Assembly: GCA_963695545.1 (NCBI GenBank)
Contig: OY968796.1
Location: 2,240,001-2,304,000, forward strand
DNA length: 64,000 nucleotides
Reading direction: 5' to 3'
Source: Terriglobia bacterium
GTDB taxonomy: Bacteria; Acidobacteriota; Terriglobia; Acidiferrales; UBA7541
The notes beneath the pieces are model-generated. The model was not told the origin of the DNA. It saw only the letters and a program-made list of their open reading frames with translations, and made no database searches. Shown piece after piece: positions 17,765 through 27,272 of this stretch; position 1 is the first letter of the stretch, and every line of letters begins with the position of its first letter. The translations under genes were made by a program, and so were the position numbers.

Positions 17765-18922
17765 ATGCTTCAATCTGATACTTCCGCCAAACAGCTTGGG
17801 TCTCACGGCGGTCCCGCCGGCGCGCGCGACCGCCAGCGTGAGAATGCGGACGGCAGCGACTTCATCGTCGCGAGAGACGAGCTGATCCTGGTGACGGGGG
17901 CAAGCGGGTTCATTGGATCGCGGCTCGTGCAGACGTTGCTGGATCTTGGATTTCGGAATGTGCGCTGCTTTGCAAGACCATCCAGCAACGCGGCGCGGGT
18001 TGAGGCACTTTCCAGTATTCGTGACGGCGGCGCGCGAATAGAGATCGTAAAAGGGAATCTTCTATCACGCGAAGACTGCGTCTCTGCGACGAAGGACGCA
18101 TCCGTCATCTTCCATTTGGCTGCCGGCCGAGGCGAGAAATCTTTTCCCGATGCGTTTATCAATTCTGTGGTGACAACGCGGAACTTGCTCGAAGCGAGCT
18201 TGAGCCACAAATGCCTGAAACGATTCGTGAATATCAGTTCGTTTTCGGTTTATTCCAATCAGCGAAAGTTGAAGCGCCAACTGCTGGATGAGTCTTGTCC
18301 GGTTGAAGAGAACCCCGCGCTTCGCGGCGAAGCCTATTGCTTCGCAAAGGCCGAGCAAGACGAAATCGTGGCCGAGTATGGCAGGAAGTTTGGAATTCCA
18401 TATGTCATTATCAGGCCCGGCCAGGTTTATGGACCTGGCAACGAAGGAATTACCGCGCGGGTGGGGATAGGCACATTTGGCGTGTTTCTACATCTCGGCG
18501 GTTCAAACACGATTCCATTCACGTTTGTGGATAACTGTGTGGAAGCCATCGCGCTCGCGGGGTTGAAGAAGGGCACTGATGGAGAAATCTTCAACGTCGT
18601 TGATGACGACCTGCCGTCGAGTCGTGAGTTCTTGCGACTCTACAAAAGGAACGTCAAAAAGTTTAGATCGTTATATGTTCCGCATGCCTTGAGTTACGGG
18701 CTCTGCTATCTGTGGGAGAAATATTCGAGTTGGTCAGAGGACCAGCTGCCTCCCGCTTTCAATCGCAGAAAATGGCACGCCTACTGGAAAAAAACACGCT
18801 ACAGTAACGAAAAACTCAAGATCCGAGTGGGTTGGACTCCAAAAATCGGGACGGAAGAGGGAATGCGGCGGTTTTTCGAAAGCTGCCGAAACGACGAGAG
18901 CGCGTGCTTAAGGTCGCCATAG
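17765..18922 (+). CDS. NAD-dependent epimerase/dehydratase (extended SDR)
   Basis: LVTGASGFIG, FHLAA, ISSFSVY, YCFAK (YxxxK), RPGQVYGP. Confidence 0.88.
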   Translation: MLQSDTSAKQLGSHGGPAGARDRQRENADGSDFIVARDELILVTGASGFIGSRLVQTLLDLGFRNVRCFARPSSNAARVEALSSIRDGGARIEIVKGNLLSREDCVSATKDASVIFHLAAGRGEKSFPDAFINSVVTTRNLLEASLSHKCLKRFVNISSFSVYSNQRKLKRQLLDESCPVEENPALRGEAYCFAKAEQDEIVAEYGRKFGIPYVIIRPGQVYGPGNEGITARVGIGTFGVFLHLGGSNTIPFTFVDNCVEAIALAGLKKGTDGEIFNVVDDDLPSSREFLRLYKRNVKKFRSLYVPHALSYGLCYLWEKYSSWSEDQLPPAFNRRKWHAYWKKTRYSNEKLKIRVGWTPKIGTEEGMRRFFESCRNDESACLRSP

Positions 18923-20031
18923 TTGGCTGCGGCAAAATCGCAGACTCTCACGCCTCGCAAATCCAAAGGATCAGGGGATGCGAGATCGTCGGAGTCTGCG
19001 ATCGAGAGCCGCTGATGGCGCGCCAACTTTTCAGGCGCTTTCCGATCAAGCAATATTTCAGCGACCTGACAGAACTTCTGGCCGAATCCAAGCCGGATGT
19101 CGTCCACATCACGACGCCGCCGCAAGGGCATTACGACATCGCCAAGATCTGCCTAGAATCGGGATGCCACGTTTATGTCGAAAAGCCATTCACCGTTTGG
19201 GAAGAAGAAGCCAAAGCGCTGATCTCACTGGCTGCCGAAAAAGGCCTGAAGATCACCGCAGGTCACGACGATCAGTTCAGCCACGTGGCGCGCCGCATGC
19301 GAACTTTGATTCAAAGGGGTTACCTTGGCGGCGATCCGGTGCATATGGAGAGCTATTATTGCTACGAATTGGCGCGATCGGGGTATGCGGGAGCGCTTCT
19401 CGGCGACAAGCAGCACTGGGTTCGGCGACTGCCGGGGAAGCTGCTGCAAAACATCATCAGCCACGGCATCGCCAGGATTGCTGAGTATATGACGAGCGAA
19501 TCGCCGGACGTAATCGCGCACGGGTTTACGAGCCAGCTTCTTAAGAGCATGGGCGAAACCGAGATCGTGGACGAATTGAGAGTGATCATCAACGACGAAG
19601 GTCGCGCCACCGGGTATTTCACTTTCTCTTCGCAGATGCGCCCAACGCTCCACCAGTTTCGGATTTACGGCCCCAAGAACGGCGTTATTCTCGATCAAGA
19701 TGAGGAGACGCTGATTAAGCTCCGAGGAGCCAGATACAAGAGCTACGCCGAGAAGTTCGTTCCGCCAGTGGATATGGCGGGCCAGAATCTCCGAAACCTC
19801 GGCACCAACCTCAAAATTTTCTTGGAAAGAGATTTCCAGATGAAGTCGGGAATGAAGTATCTGATCGAATCTTTTTATCGTTCGATTGTCGAAGGCACGC
19901 CGGACCCGATTCCGACCCGCGAAATTTTGCTTACCGCCAAAATTATGGAATCTATTTTTGTCCAACTCGGCCAAGGGGCGCCGGTTCAATCGCCCCCGGA
20001 GGCTTCGCTTCATACCGCGCGAACCAGCTGA
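18904..20031 (+). CDS. Gfo/Idh/MocA oxidoreductase
   Basis: KVAIVGCGKIA, ITTPPQGH, HVYVEKP; probable GTG start at 18904. Confidence 0.85.
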   Translation: MLKVAIVGCGKIADSHASQIQRIRGCEIVGVCDREPLMARQLFRRFPIKQYFSDLTELLAESKPDVVHITTPPQGHYDIAKICLESGCHVYVEKPFTVWEEEAKALISLAAEKGLKITAGHDDQFSHVARRMRTLIQRGYLGGDPVHMESYYCYELARSGYAGALLGDKQHWVRRLPGKLLQNIISHGIARIAEYMTSESPDVIAHGFTSQLLKSMGETEIVDELRVIINDEGRATGYFTFSSQMRPTLHQFRIYGPKNGVILDQDEETLIKLRGARYKSYAEKFVPPVDMAGQNLRNLGTNLKIFLERDFQMKSGMKYLIESFYRSIVEGTPDPIPTREILLTAKIMESIFVQLGQGAPVQSPPEASLHTARTS

Positions 20032-20192
20032 CACAACAATCGCCTATATCCATCGCAGGAACGATGCAATCTTTATGAAACAAAGTGTTTAGCGGCCGGA
20101 AACGCACCGGTGATCACTTCGAGTTCGCAGTCGATTCAGTTGATCTGATTTCTGCAAAGATCAAGATCTAGGTTTCTAGGCTTGTCTACCGA

Positions 20193-20283
20193 GGAGAGGT
20201 CGCCGCTGGCTAAGGCAGCAGCCAGTTCGCTGGCTGCGGTGGGTAACACCGCCCGAGGGTTCGAGTCCCTTCCCTCTCCGCCA
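20193..20283 (+). tRNA. tRNA-Ser-like RNA (91 nt, encoded CCA) with no canonical anticodon loop
   Basis: Acceptor GGAGAGG (20193-99)/CCTCTCC (20273-79), discriminator G, CCA; D-arm GCC-GCTGGCTAA-GGC; anticodon arm GCAGCCAG-TTCG-CTGGCTGC (8 bp, 4-nt loop); long variable arm GGTG-GGTAA-CACC; T-arm GAGGG-TTCGAGT-CCCTT plus one extra C. Confidence 0.85.
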
Positions 20284-20383
20284 CTTTCATCCAGTCCTGT
20301 TGTTGGTGTTCGCCCGCGGCGATTAGCGCCCGCGAAGCGGCTCAGGAAGGCTTGGCCCACATCCAGGGCCAAGAGGTAAATGA

Positions 20384-21295
20384 TTGATGAAGGCACTGAC
20401 TGAGGTTTGTGGAAAGGCGATCGCGGTTCGCGGACGCATCATCCGCATCGGGCACATCGACGGGGACAAGTTCAAGTTCCTGGATGATCCCGAATCTTTG
20501 ATCGCGGGACTGCGAAAATCCGACACGCGGATCGATCTTTTCACTTTCATGCAGGGGCTGCCAGTGAGTTCTCCGAAATATAGCTATCCCATGGAATGGG
20601 ACAATCTGGCCGTTTTGTCGGTCTCGACTTTCGAACAGTGGTGGAATGAGCGCCTCGGCTTCAAGGCTAGGAATAAGGCCAAGCAGGCGGAAAAAAAGAA
20701 GGTTGTCATCCGAGAAGCACCGTTTGACGACAACCTCGTGCGAGGAATCTGGGAGATCTACAACGAGACTCCCGTTCGCCAAGGCAGACCGTTCCCACAC
20801 TACGGCAAGAGTATCGAATCTGTGCGAGCGATGAGCGCGACATTCCTGGACTCGAGCGTTTTTATCGGGGCGTATCTCGGCGAAGAATTGATAGGCTTCA
20901 TCAAACTGACGATGGACGACAGCGGAACGCAAGCCGGAATTCTGCACATCGTTTCGATGATCAAGCACCGCGACAAGGCGCCGACGAACGCCCTGGTCGC
21001 GCAAGCTGTTCGATCGTGCGCCTCCCGAAAAATTCCTTATCTCGTTTACTCTAACTTCGCGTACGGGAAAAAACAGACGAGTTCACTCAGCGACTTCAAA
21101 GAACGCAACGGATTCGAGCGAGTCAATTTGCCTCGCTATTACGTACCCTTGACACCTTTGGGATGGCTCACGCTTAAGTTGGGCCTTCATCGGCAGCTTG
21201 CTGACTATCTTCCCGAAGCGGTGCTATCGAAGGCCCTTGAGTTTCGCGACTCGTGGTACAACCGCAAGTTTCCAGTCCGCACGCAAGATTCCTAA
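20384..21295 (+). CDS. FemABX/GNAT-fold protein (candidate aminoacyl-tRNA-dependent transferase)
   Basis: KARNKAKQAEKKKVVIRE, FIGAYLGEELIG, APTNALVAQAVRSC, G...SLSDFKERNGF correspond to the Fem/Acetyltransf_6 pattern (RNxxKA; pxxLLxWxai; GL..FK..fG). Confidence 0.7.
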   Translation: MMKALTEVCGKAIAVRGRIIRIGHIDGDKFKFLDDPESLIAGLRKSDTRIDLFTFMQGLPVSSPKYSYPMEWDNLAVLSVSTFEQWWNERLGFKARNKAKQAEKKKVVIREAPFDDNLVRGIWEIYNETPVRQGRPFPHYGKSIESVRAMSATFLDSSVFIGAYLGEELIGFIKLTMDDSGTQAGILHIVSMIKHRDKAPTNALVAQAVRSCASRKIPYLVYSNFAYGKKQTSSLSDFKERNGFERVNLPRYYVPLTPLGWLTLKLGLHRQLADYLPEAVLSKALEFRDSWYNRKFPVRTQDS

Positions 21296-21306
21296 GGGGT
21301 TAAAAC

Positions 21307-23127
21307 ATGCCAGGAATCGTCGGATTGGTTACGAAAAGACCGCGCGAGTGGGCCGAGCGGCAACTTATGCGGATGGTCGAGGCGATCCGCCACGAGTCTT
21401 TCTATGTGACGGGTACATGGATCGACGAGGAGCAAGGGGTATACGTAGGCTGGGCCGCGCGCGAGAATTCGTTCTCCGACGGCATGCCTCTGCGGAATGA
21501 GCGCAAAGATATCGTCCTGGTTTTTTCCGGCGAGGATTATCCCGAACCCGGCACCTCACGGCGTCTGAAAGAGCGCGGACATGAATGCGAAACAGGCGGC
21601 CCATCGTATTTGGTTCATCGCTACGAGGAGGATCCCAATTTCCTTAGGAATCTCAACGGGCGGTTCCACGGATTAATTGCGGACCGCGCGCGCGGTACGA
21701 ACGTGCTCTTCAACGATCGATATGGGATGCATCGGCTTTATTACCAGGAGTCAACCGAAGCTTTCTATTTCGCTGGGGAGGCCAAAGCGATCCTGCAAGT
21801 CCGCCCTGATGCGCGCAGCGCAGATCCGCGCGGCCTCGGTGAGTTCATCGCGTGCGGATGCGTCCTAGAAAATCGCACGCTTTTCCGCGGTATTCATGTA
21901 TTGCCGCCGGGCTCGGCATGGAGATTTCGGGGCGGCACGCTCGAGCAGAAAGCCAGCTACTTCGAGCCTCGTGAATGGGAAACACAAGAGCCTCTCGATG
22001 CGGAAAGCTACTATCGCGAGCTGCGTGACGTTTTCACGGCCAATCTCCCGCGCTACTTTAACGGCAAGGAGGGCCTCGGAGTATCGCTCACCGGTGGTCT
22101 CGATACTCGCATCATCATGGCTTGGCGCAAGGCGCCTCCCGGCTCGCTGCCTTGCTACACCTTTGGAAGCATGTTCCACGAGAATCAAGACGTCCACTTG
22201 GCGCGCCGGGTCGCAGAAATCTGCGGCCAGCCCTACCAGGTCATCACCGTCGGCGATGAATTCCTGTCGAAGTTCGCACACTATGCCGAGCGATCGATTT
22301 ATCTTTCGGACGCATGCGTCGACCTCAGCCGCTCTCCCGACCTTTACGCGAACGAGAAAGCCCGCGAGATAGCGCCCGTGCGGATCGTGGGCACGTATGG
22401 CAGCGAGATGCTTTTGCACGCAGTCATGTTTAAACCGGGAGAGCCTGCGCCGGGATTATTTGATCCGGAGCTTCTGAAGCAGGTGCATGCCGCTCGGGAG
22501 ACCTACGATGCAATTCGCCGCACCAATCCGGTTACGTTTGTTGCTTTCCGCCAGTCGCCATGGCACCACTACGGTATCCTCATGTTGGAGCAAATGCAGG
22601 TCGCCGTTCGCTCGCCGTACCTCGACAACGATTTAGTCAAGACCGTGTACAAGGCACCCGGCTCAATCGCGGAGAACGAGGCAGCCAGACTGCGCCTCAT
22701 CCAGGAGGGCAATCCAGCGCTCGGGAGATTGCGCACTGATCGCGGGGTCGGGGGGCGCAACATTTTAGCCGCTGGCTTTGCGCGGGCATATTACGAGTTC
22801 ACGTTCAAAGCCGAATATGCTTACGACTACGGCATGCCGCAGAGGGTGGCCCAGATCGATCATTTGTTTGCCTCGCTGCATTTAGAACGACTTTGGCTTG
22901 GTCGCCACAAGATGTATCACTTTCGAGTGTGGTATCGCGACCAGTTGGCCAATTACGTTCGCGAAACGCTGCTTGACTCGCGCTCGCTCGCGCGCCCTTA
23001 CCTCAAACCGGATGCGGTGCGAGCGATCGTCGAAAGTCATCTTAAGGGCAATCGCAACTACACCACTGAGATTCACCGGCTACTTTCGCTGGAGTTGTTG
23101 CATCGACTTTTTGTGGATGCCAGATGA
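21307..23127 (+). CDS. Asparagine synthetase-like (AsnB family) ATP-dependent amide ligase lacking the N-terminal Cys
   Basis: Begins MPGIVG instead of MCGIxG; LNGRF, NDRYGMHRLYY, SLTGGLDTR PP-loop, RSPYLDNDLV. Confidence 0.85.
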   Translation: MPGIVGLVTKRPREWAERQLMRMVEAIRHESFYVTGTWIDEEQGVYVGWAARENSFSDGMPLRNERKDIVLVFSGEDYPEPGTSRRLKERGHECETGGPSYLVHRYEEDPNFLRNLNGRFHGLIADRARGTNVLFNDRYGMHRLYYQESTEAFYFAGEAKAILQVRPDARSADPRGLGEFIACGCVLENRTLFRGIHVLPPGSAWRFRGGTLEQKASYFEPREWETQEPLDAESYYRELRDVFTANLPRYFNGKEGLGVSLTGGLDTRIIMAWRKAPPGSLPCYTFGSMFHENQDVHLARRVAEICGQPYQVITVGDEFLSKFAHYAERSIYLSDACVDLSRSPDLYANEKAREIAPVRIVGTYGSEMLLHAVMFKPGEPAPGLFDPELLKQVHAARETYDAIRRTNPVTFVAFRQSPWHHYGILMLEQMQVAVRSPYLDNDLVKTVYKAPGSIAENEAARLRLIQEGNPALGRLRTDRGVGGRNILAAGFARAYYEFTFKAEYAYDYGMPQRVAQIDHLFASLHLERLWLGRHKMYHFRVWYRDQLANYVRETLLDSRSLARPYLKPDAVRAIVESHLKGNRNYTTEIHRLLSLELLHRLFVDAR

Positions 23128-23166
23128 ACGCGCGGCGCCAAGTTCAAGTGGCCGAAAGAATATAAG

Positions 23167-24600
23167 ATGAATCCGACTGTAGCCCTTCTGGTCTTTGGCG
23201 TCGGGATCGCCGGCCTTTTCTACCTCGATCGCGATAAATCTGCCCACACGTCTATCGCCCTCTGGCTCCCGGTCATTTGGGTTTGGATCATCGGTTCGAG
23301 ACCGCTCTCGGCGTGGCTGAACCTTGGCGCGCCAACCACCGACGCCGGCATGCAGGCTATTCAGCTTGATGGAAGCCAGCCCGACCGGATTTTCTTTCAG
23401 ATTCTGGTGATCTTGGCCGCGATTGTCGTCATCGGCCGAGCGATGCGCACGCGAGCCTTTCTCGCGGCGAACTGGCCGATCTTGATATTCTTTTTTTATT
23501 GTTTAGTCAGCGTCCTCTGGTCCGACTTCCCGGACGTCTCGGCCAAACGCTGGATCAAGGCCATCGGGGATCTATTGATGGTCCTGATTGTCGTAACCGA
23601 TGCCGAGCCGATGGCGGCGCTGAAACGATTCTTTTCTCGGACTGGCTTTATGTTGCTGCCTCCGTCAATTCTTTTAATTAAATATTACGGCGATCTTGGA
23701 CGTTCATACGATCCGTGGTTTGGGTTCACTTACATCACCGGCGTAACCACCAACAAGAATTCGCTTGGGGTCATAACATTTACTCTCTCATTGGCTGCAA
23801 TTTGGCGAATTCTCACACTCCTCCGATCGCCTGAATCACCCGACCGCGGCAGGCATCTGCTGGCTCAAGCGGTCTTGCTTGCATTCGGGATATGGATACT
23901 GTCGATCGCCAACTCAGCGACCTCCATCGCGTGCTTTATCGTCGGCGCGGGATTGATGTTGGTCACGGGCCTGCGGGTCTTTAGACGCCGGCCCGAAGCC
24001 GTGCATGCGCTCGTGCTCGCGCTGTTAGTGCTCGCTGGCGCAGCCTTGCTTTTCGGTGGCGAAGGGGAAGTCGTGCACGCGCTAGGGCGGCAAACGAACC
24101 TCACCGGGCGTACGCAGATCTGGGGCCTTGTTATTCCCATGGCGCCGAACGCATTGGTTGGCGCGGGATTCGAGAGCTTCTGGTTGGGCGCGCGTCTCCA
24201 GAAATTATGGCAAGCACTCCCCAATCTGCACCTTAACGAGTCCCACGATGGCTACGTTGAGATCTACGTTCAACTGGGCTGGATCGGACTCTGTTTGTTC
24301 GCGACCGTGCTGATCAACGGCTACCGGAGGTCCGTTGCGACTTTTCGCCATGATCCCGCGCTCGGTAGCCTATTGCTGGCCTATATATTGACTGCGGCGC
24401 TTTATAGCGTCACTGAGGCCGGCTTCAGGATGTTGAATCCCATGTGGATCATCTTTTTGCTCGCAGTCGTAGCCTCGGGCGGCGTCGCATCCGGCGCCAT
24501 CACCCAAACGTCGCAGCCTCACGCGGCGCCCGTGGACGATGTTCGCCCGTCGCCTGCCAAAAACCGCGTTGCCGCCAGATCTTTTGCGAGGAACATTTGA
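23167..24600 (+). CDS. O-antigen ligase / Wzy polymerase family membrane protein
   Basis: Many TM helices; NKNSLG, NLTGRTQIW, GAGFESFW, ESHDGYVEIYVQLGWIG. Confidence 0.85.
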   Translation: MNPTVALLVFGVGIAGLFYLDRDKSAHTSIALWLPVIWVWIIGSRPLSAWLNLGAPTTDAGMQAIQLDGSQPDRIFFQILVILAAIVVIGRAMRTRAFLAANWPILIFFFYCLVSVLWSDFPDVSAKRWIKAIGDLLMVLIVVTDAEPMAALKRFFSRTGFMLLPPSILLIKYYGDLGRSYDPWFGFTYITGVTTNKNSLGVITFTLSLAAIWRILTLLRSPESPDRGRHLLAQAVLLAFGIWILSIANSATSIACFIVGAGLMLVTGLRVFRRRPEAVHALVLALLVLAGAALLFGGEGEVVHALGRQTNLTGRTQIWGLVIPMAPNALVGAGFESFWLGARLQKLWQALPNLHLNESHDGYVEIYVQLGWIGLCLFATVLINGYRRSVATFRHDPALGSLLLAYILTAALYSVTEAGFRMLNPMWIIFLLAVVASGGVASGAITQTSQPHAAPVDDVRPSPAKNRVAARSFARNI

Positions 24601-26183
24601 AGCCCTTCGATCGCGACGGCAATTTCCGTTCCGTCGTAAGTTCGGATGGGCTGCGGCGGGCGGCTGTCCGAGGCGCCGGGGCGACCATTGGTGCTCAGGC
24701 GGGTAGCTTCGTTGTGCAGATCGGATCAATCGTCGATCCTGGCGCGGTTACTTAGCCCGGCTGATTTCGGGATCGTGACTATGGTCACGACGTTTAGCCT
24801 CCTGTTTCGCAGCTTCGGTTTGAATGGATTCACAGAATTGATCATGCAGCGCGAAGAGATTTCGCGTTCTCTGGCGAGCAATCTCTTCTGGGTCAATCTG
24901 GGCATCAGCACGATTCTCACTTTTGGGTTCGCCAGCGCGGGTCCGTTGCTGGCGCTTTTCTATCATAACTCGGCCGTAGCTCGAGTGACAGAGGGCATGT
25001 CGCTGACGATTGGGCTGAGCTGCCTGGGGTGGATACACTTGGGGCTTTTGCAGCGCGCGATGCAATTCAGGATTGCCGCAATCATTAGTTTCGTTGGGCA
25101 GATCGTTTTGGTGATCGTCTCGATCGTCCTGGCGATGGCGGGATGGCACTATTGGGCATTGGTTTGGGGAATTGTGGCGCAGTCGGCGGTGGGATCAGCG
25201 GGCGCGTGGTTGATGTGCCGATGGGTACCGAGTTGGCCGGCTCGCGCCTCGGGCACCCGTTCAGGGCTGAAGTTCGCGACCACGTTTATGCGCATTTCGC
25301 TTTCAGCTACTTGACGCGCAATACGGACAACCTCCTGGTTGGCTGGCGCTATGGCGCTCAGTCGCTTGGATTTTATAAAAAGGCCTATGACTTGTTCGTT
25401 CTTCCGGAAACCCAGTTGTTGTCACCGGTTTCCGCCGTGGTCGTGAGTACGCTTAGCCGCGTCGTCGGGGATCGCGAGCAATTTAAACGCTATTTTCTGC
25501 GGGCGATATCGGTTTTGGCGCTCGTGGGAATGGGAATCGGAGCGGATTTTGCTTTAGTGGGAAAAGACATCATTCGTTTTCTTCTGGGGCCTGGCTGGGA
25601 AGCGGCTGGCCGAATCTTCGCCTTATTCGGTCCGGGAATCGGAGTGATGTTGCTTTATAACACGCACGGGTGGATTCATCTTTCGATCGGCCGCCCCGAG
25701 CGGTGGTTTCGCTGGGGTTTGATGGAGTTTGTGTGCACCGCGAGTCTTTTTTTGCTGACTTTGCGCTGGGGCCCTTCCGGAATCGCCTTGGCTTGGACGA
25801 TTTCGTTTTTCATTCTGATGTTTCCTGGCTTCTGGTATGCCGGAAAGCCGATTGGAATGGGCATGGGGCCGGTATTTGGCGTCATCTGGAAATTTTTTGC
25901 GGCATCGGCTGCTGGCTGCCTGTGGCACTTTTCTATCGTGATGGCTACGCCGCGTTTTGCGGCGACGCCAGGGGCCGCGGCGCTCTTCTGAGGCTGATTT
26001 TGGTTTCCCTCGTATTTTTCGCATTGTATCTCATCGGAGTGATTGCGCTTCACCGGGGGCTTAAGCCCCTTAAGGAGACGGTCTCGCTTGCTTCACGACC
26101 TGCTGCCCCAACGTAGAGTCGGTGGCGTGAATTCCGCTGCAGCAGTCGATGCGAATGTTGTCGCGCCCATAGCGGAAATCTGA
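24597..26183 (+). pseudogene. wzx: Wzx (PST family) flippase copy 1, at least 4 frameshifts (pseudogene or assembly error)
   Basis: TTG start LKPFDRDGNF matches the paralog at 30895; similarity changes frame at about 24735, 25282, 25985 and 26090 and ends LHDLLPQR...AEI* at 26183. Confidence 0.8.
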
Positions 26184-26289
26184 GAATCGAGGGGCCAACT
26201 TCCGCCCAAACTTGGACGGCGAGTCCGTGGCAGAGTTCTTTTTTGAGCGGCACAACTCCAGGGAATCGGTGCCGAAAGAGGAGATTCCA

Positions 26290-27123
26290 GTGAATACTAC
26301 CATCCGAAGAATTTTAACAGCCAACAGTGTGTCGCGACGGCTCTACTTCGCGGCACGGCAAGCGTACCGAAGCCGCCAGGTGGCGAGGGACGCAGGGCGA
26401 TACTTCCTGAACGCCGACGAATTCAAGAACGCTCTTGTCGCGCGCGGGGTGACTGCCACGGTCGATCTCCGCACGGCGGATGGCCTTACAATCACAATAA
26501 GGCAGAACCACGGCGATGCGGCCACGGTCGGAGAAATCTTTCTGGACGATTGTTACGGCCGCGACCTGACCCTTCCCGACAACCCAGTCGTCATAGACGT
26601 CGGCGGTTTTATCGGCGACTTTTCTTTGTACGCAGTGAAGCGCCTCAACGCGCGCAGAGTGATTGTTTGCGAGCCGTCGCCGCGGAACTGGGCACTCCTC
26701 CTCAAGAACATTGCTAACAACGGTTACGAAGATCGGATCGAGCCGGTGAACAAGGCAGTTACGGATGGCGGGAACGCAATGATGAATATTGACGCCCCTG
26801 ACGAAGACCAGTGTATGGTCTCCGCGTACGGGCCAAGCGGGCAGCCGTTGAGCGCCGTCTCCGGGATTTCCCTGGGGCAGCTCCTCCGGGACCATGCCGT
26901 CGAAATCGTCGATCTGTTGAAGATAGACTGTGAGGGTGGAGAATACGCAATTCTCGAGAGCACGCCGGCCGACGTGCTGAGCCGCATCCGGAATATCGTG
27001 TTCGAGTATCACGATGTCGACGGGGGTAGCTGGGCCAAGCTGGAGAGCGTGAAGCAACGGCTTCTGCGGGAAGGATATGCTCTGCACATGAGTCGGGGTC
27101 TAGTAACGGCTTCGCGTCGGTGA
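26290..27123 (+). CDS. FkbM family methyltransferase
   Basis: VIDVGGFIGDFS, CEPSPRN, DLLKIDCEGGEYAIL, IVFEYH; GAGGAG RBS before GTG 26290. Confidence 0.88.
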   Translation: MNTTIRRILTANSVSRRLYFAARQAYRSRQVARDAGRYFLNADEFKNALVARGVTATVDLRTADGLTITIRQNHGDAATVGEIFLDDCYGRDLTLPDNPVVIDVGGFIGDFSLYAVKRLNARRVIVCEPSPRNWALLLKNIANNGYEDRIEPVNKAVTDGGNAMMNIDAPDEDQCMVSAYGPSGQPLSAVSGISLGQLLRDHAVEIVDLLKIDCEGGEYAILESTPADVLSRIRNIVFEYHDVDGGSWAKLESVKQRLLREGYALHMSRGLVTASRR

Positions 27124-27272
27124 GGCCATCAAGGGGCTTCGGCTTGGTCTCGAGGCCGCTTAGTACAACTCGTATCAGCCGAAAACGCCGACGTCGGCGA
27201 TTATCGCCGTTGCGTTCAGGAAAGAGATGAGACGGCTCGGCGGGGTTTCTTCGGTTTATAGGGAGATGATGG

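Noticed and set aside
20140..20164. Inverted repeat TTGATCT-N11-AGATCAA upstream of the tRNA-like RNA
   Set aside because: Could be an operator or promoter part, but a 7-bp arm can occur by chance; no supporting evidence.
20193..20283. Reading the RNA as tRNA-Sec, a normal tRNA-Ser/Arg/Glu, or an integration-site remnant
   Set aside because: No TCA anticodon and no extended Sec-type acceptor or D stems; no 7-nt anticodon loop can be drawn; it is full length with no integrase or duplicated 3' fragment seen in the window.
20136..20396. Short ORFs 20136-20396 (-) and 20182-20379 (+)
   Set aside because: They overlap the tRNA-like element; GEGRDSNPR is the typical antisense translation of a tRNA T-arm.
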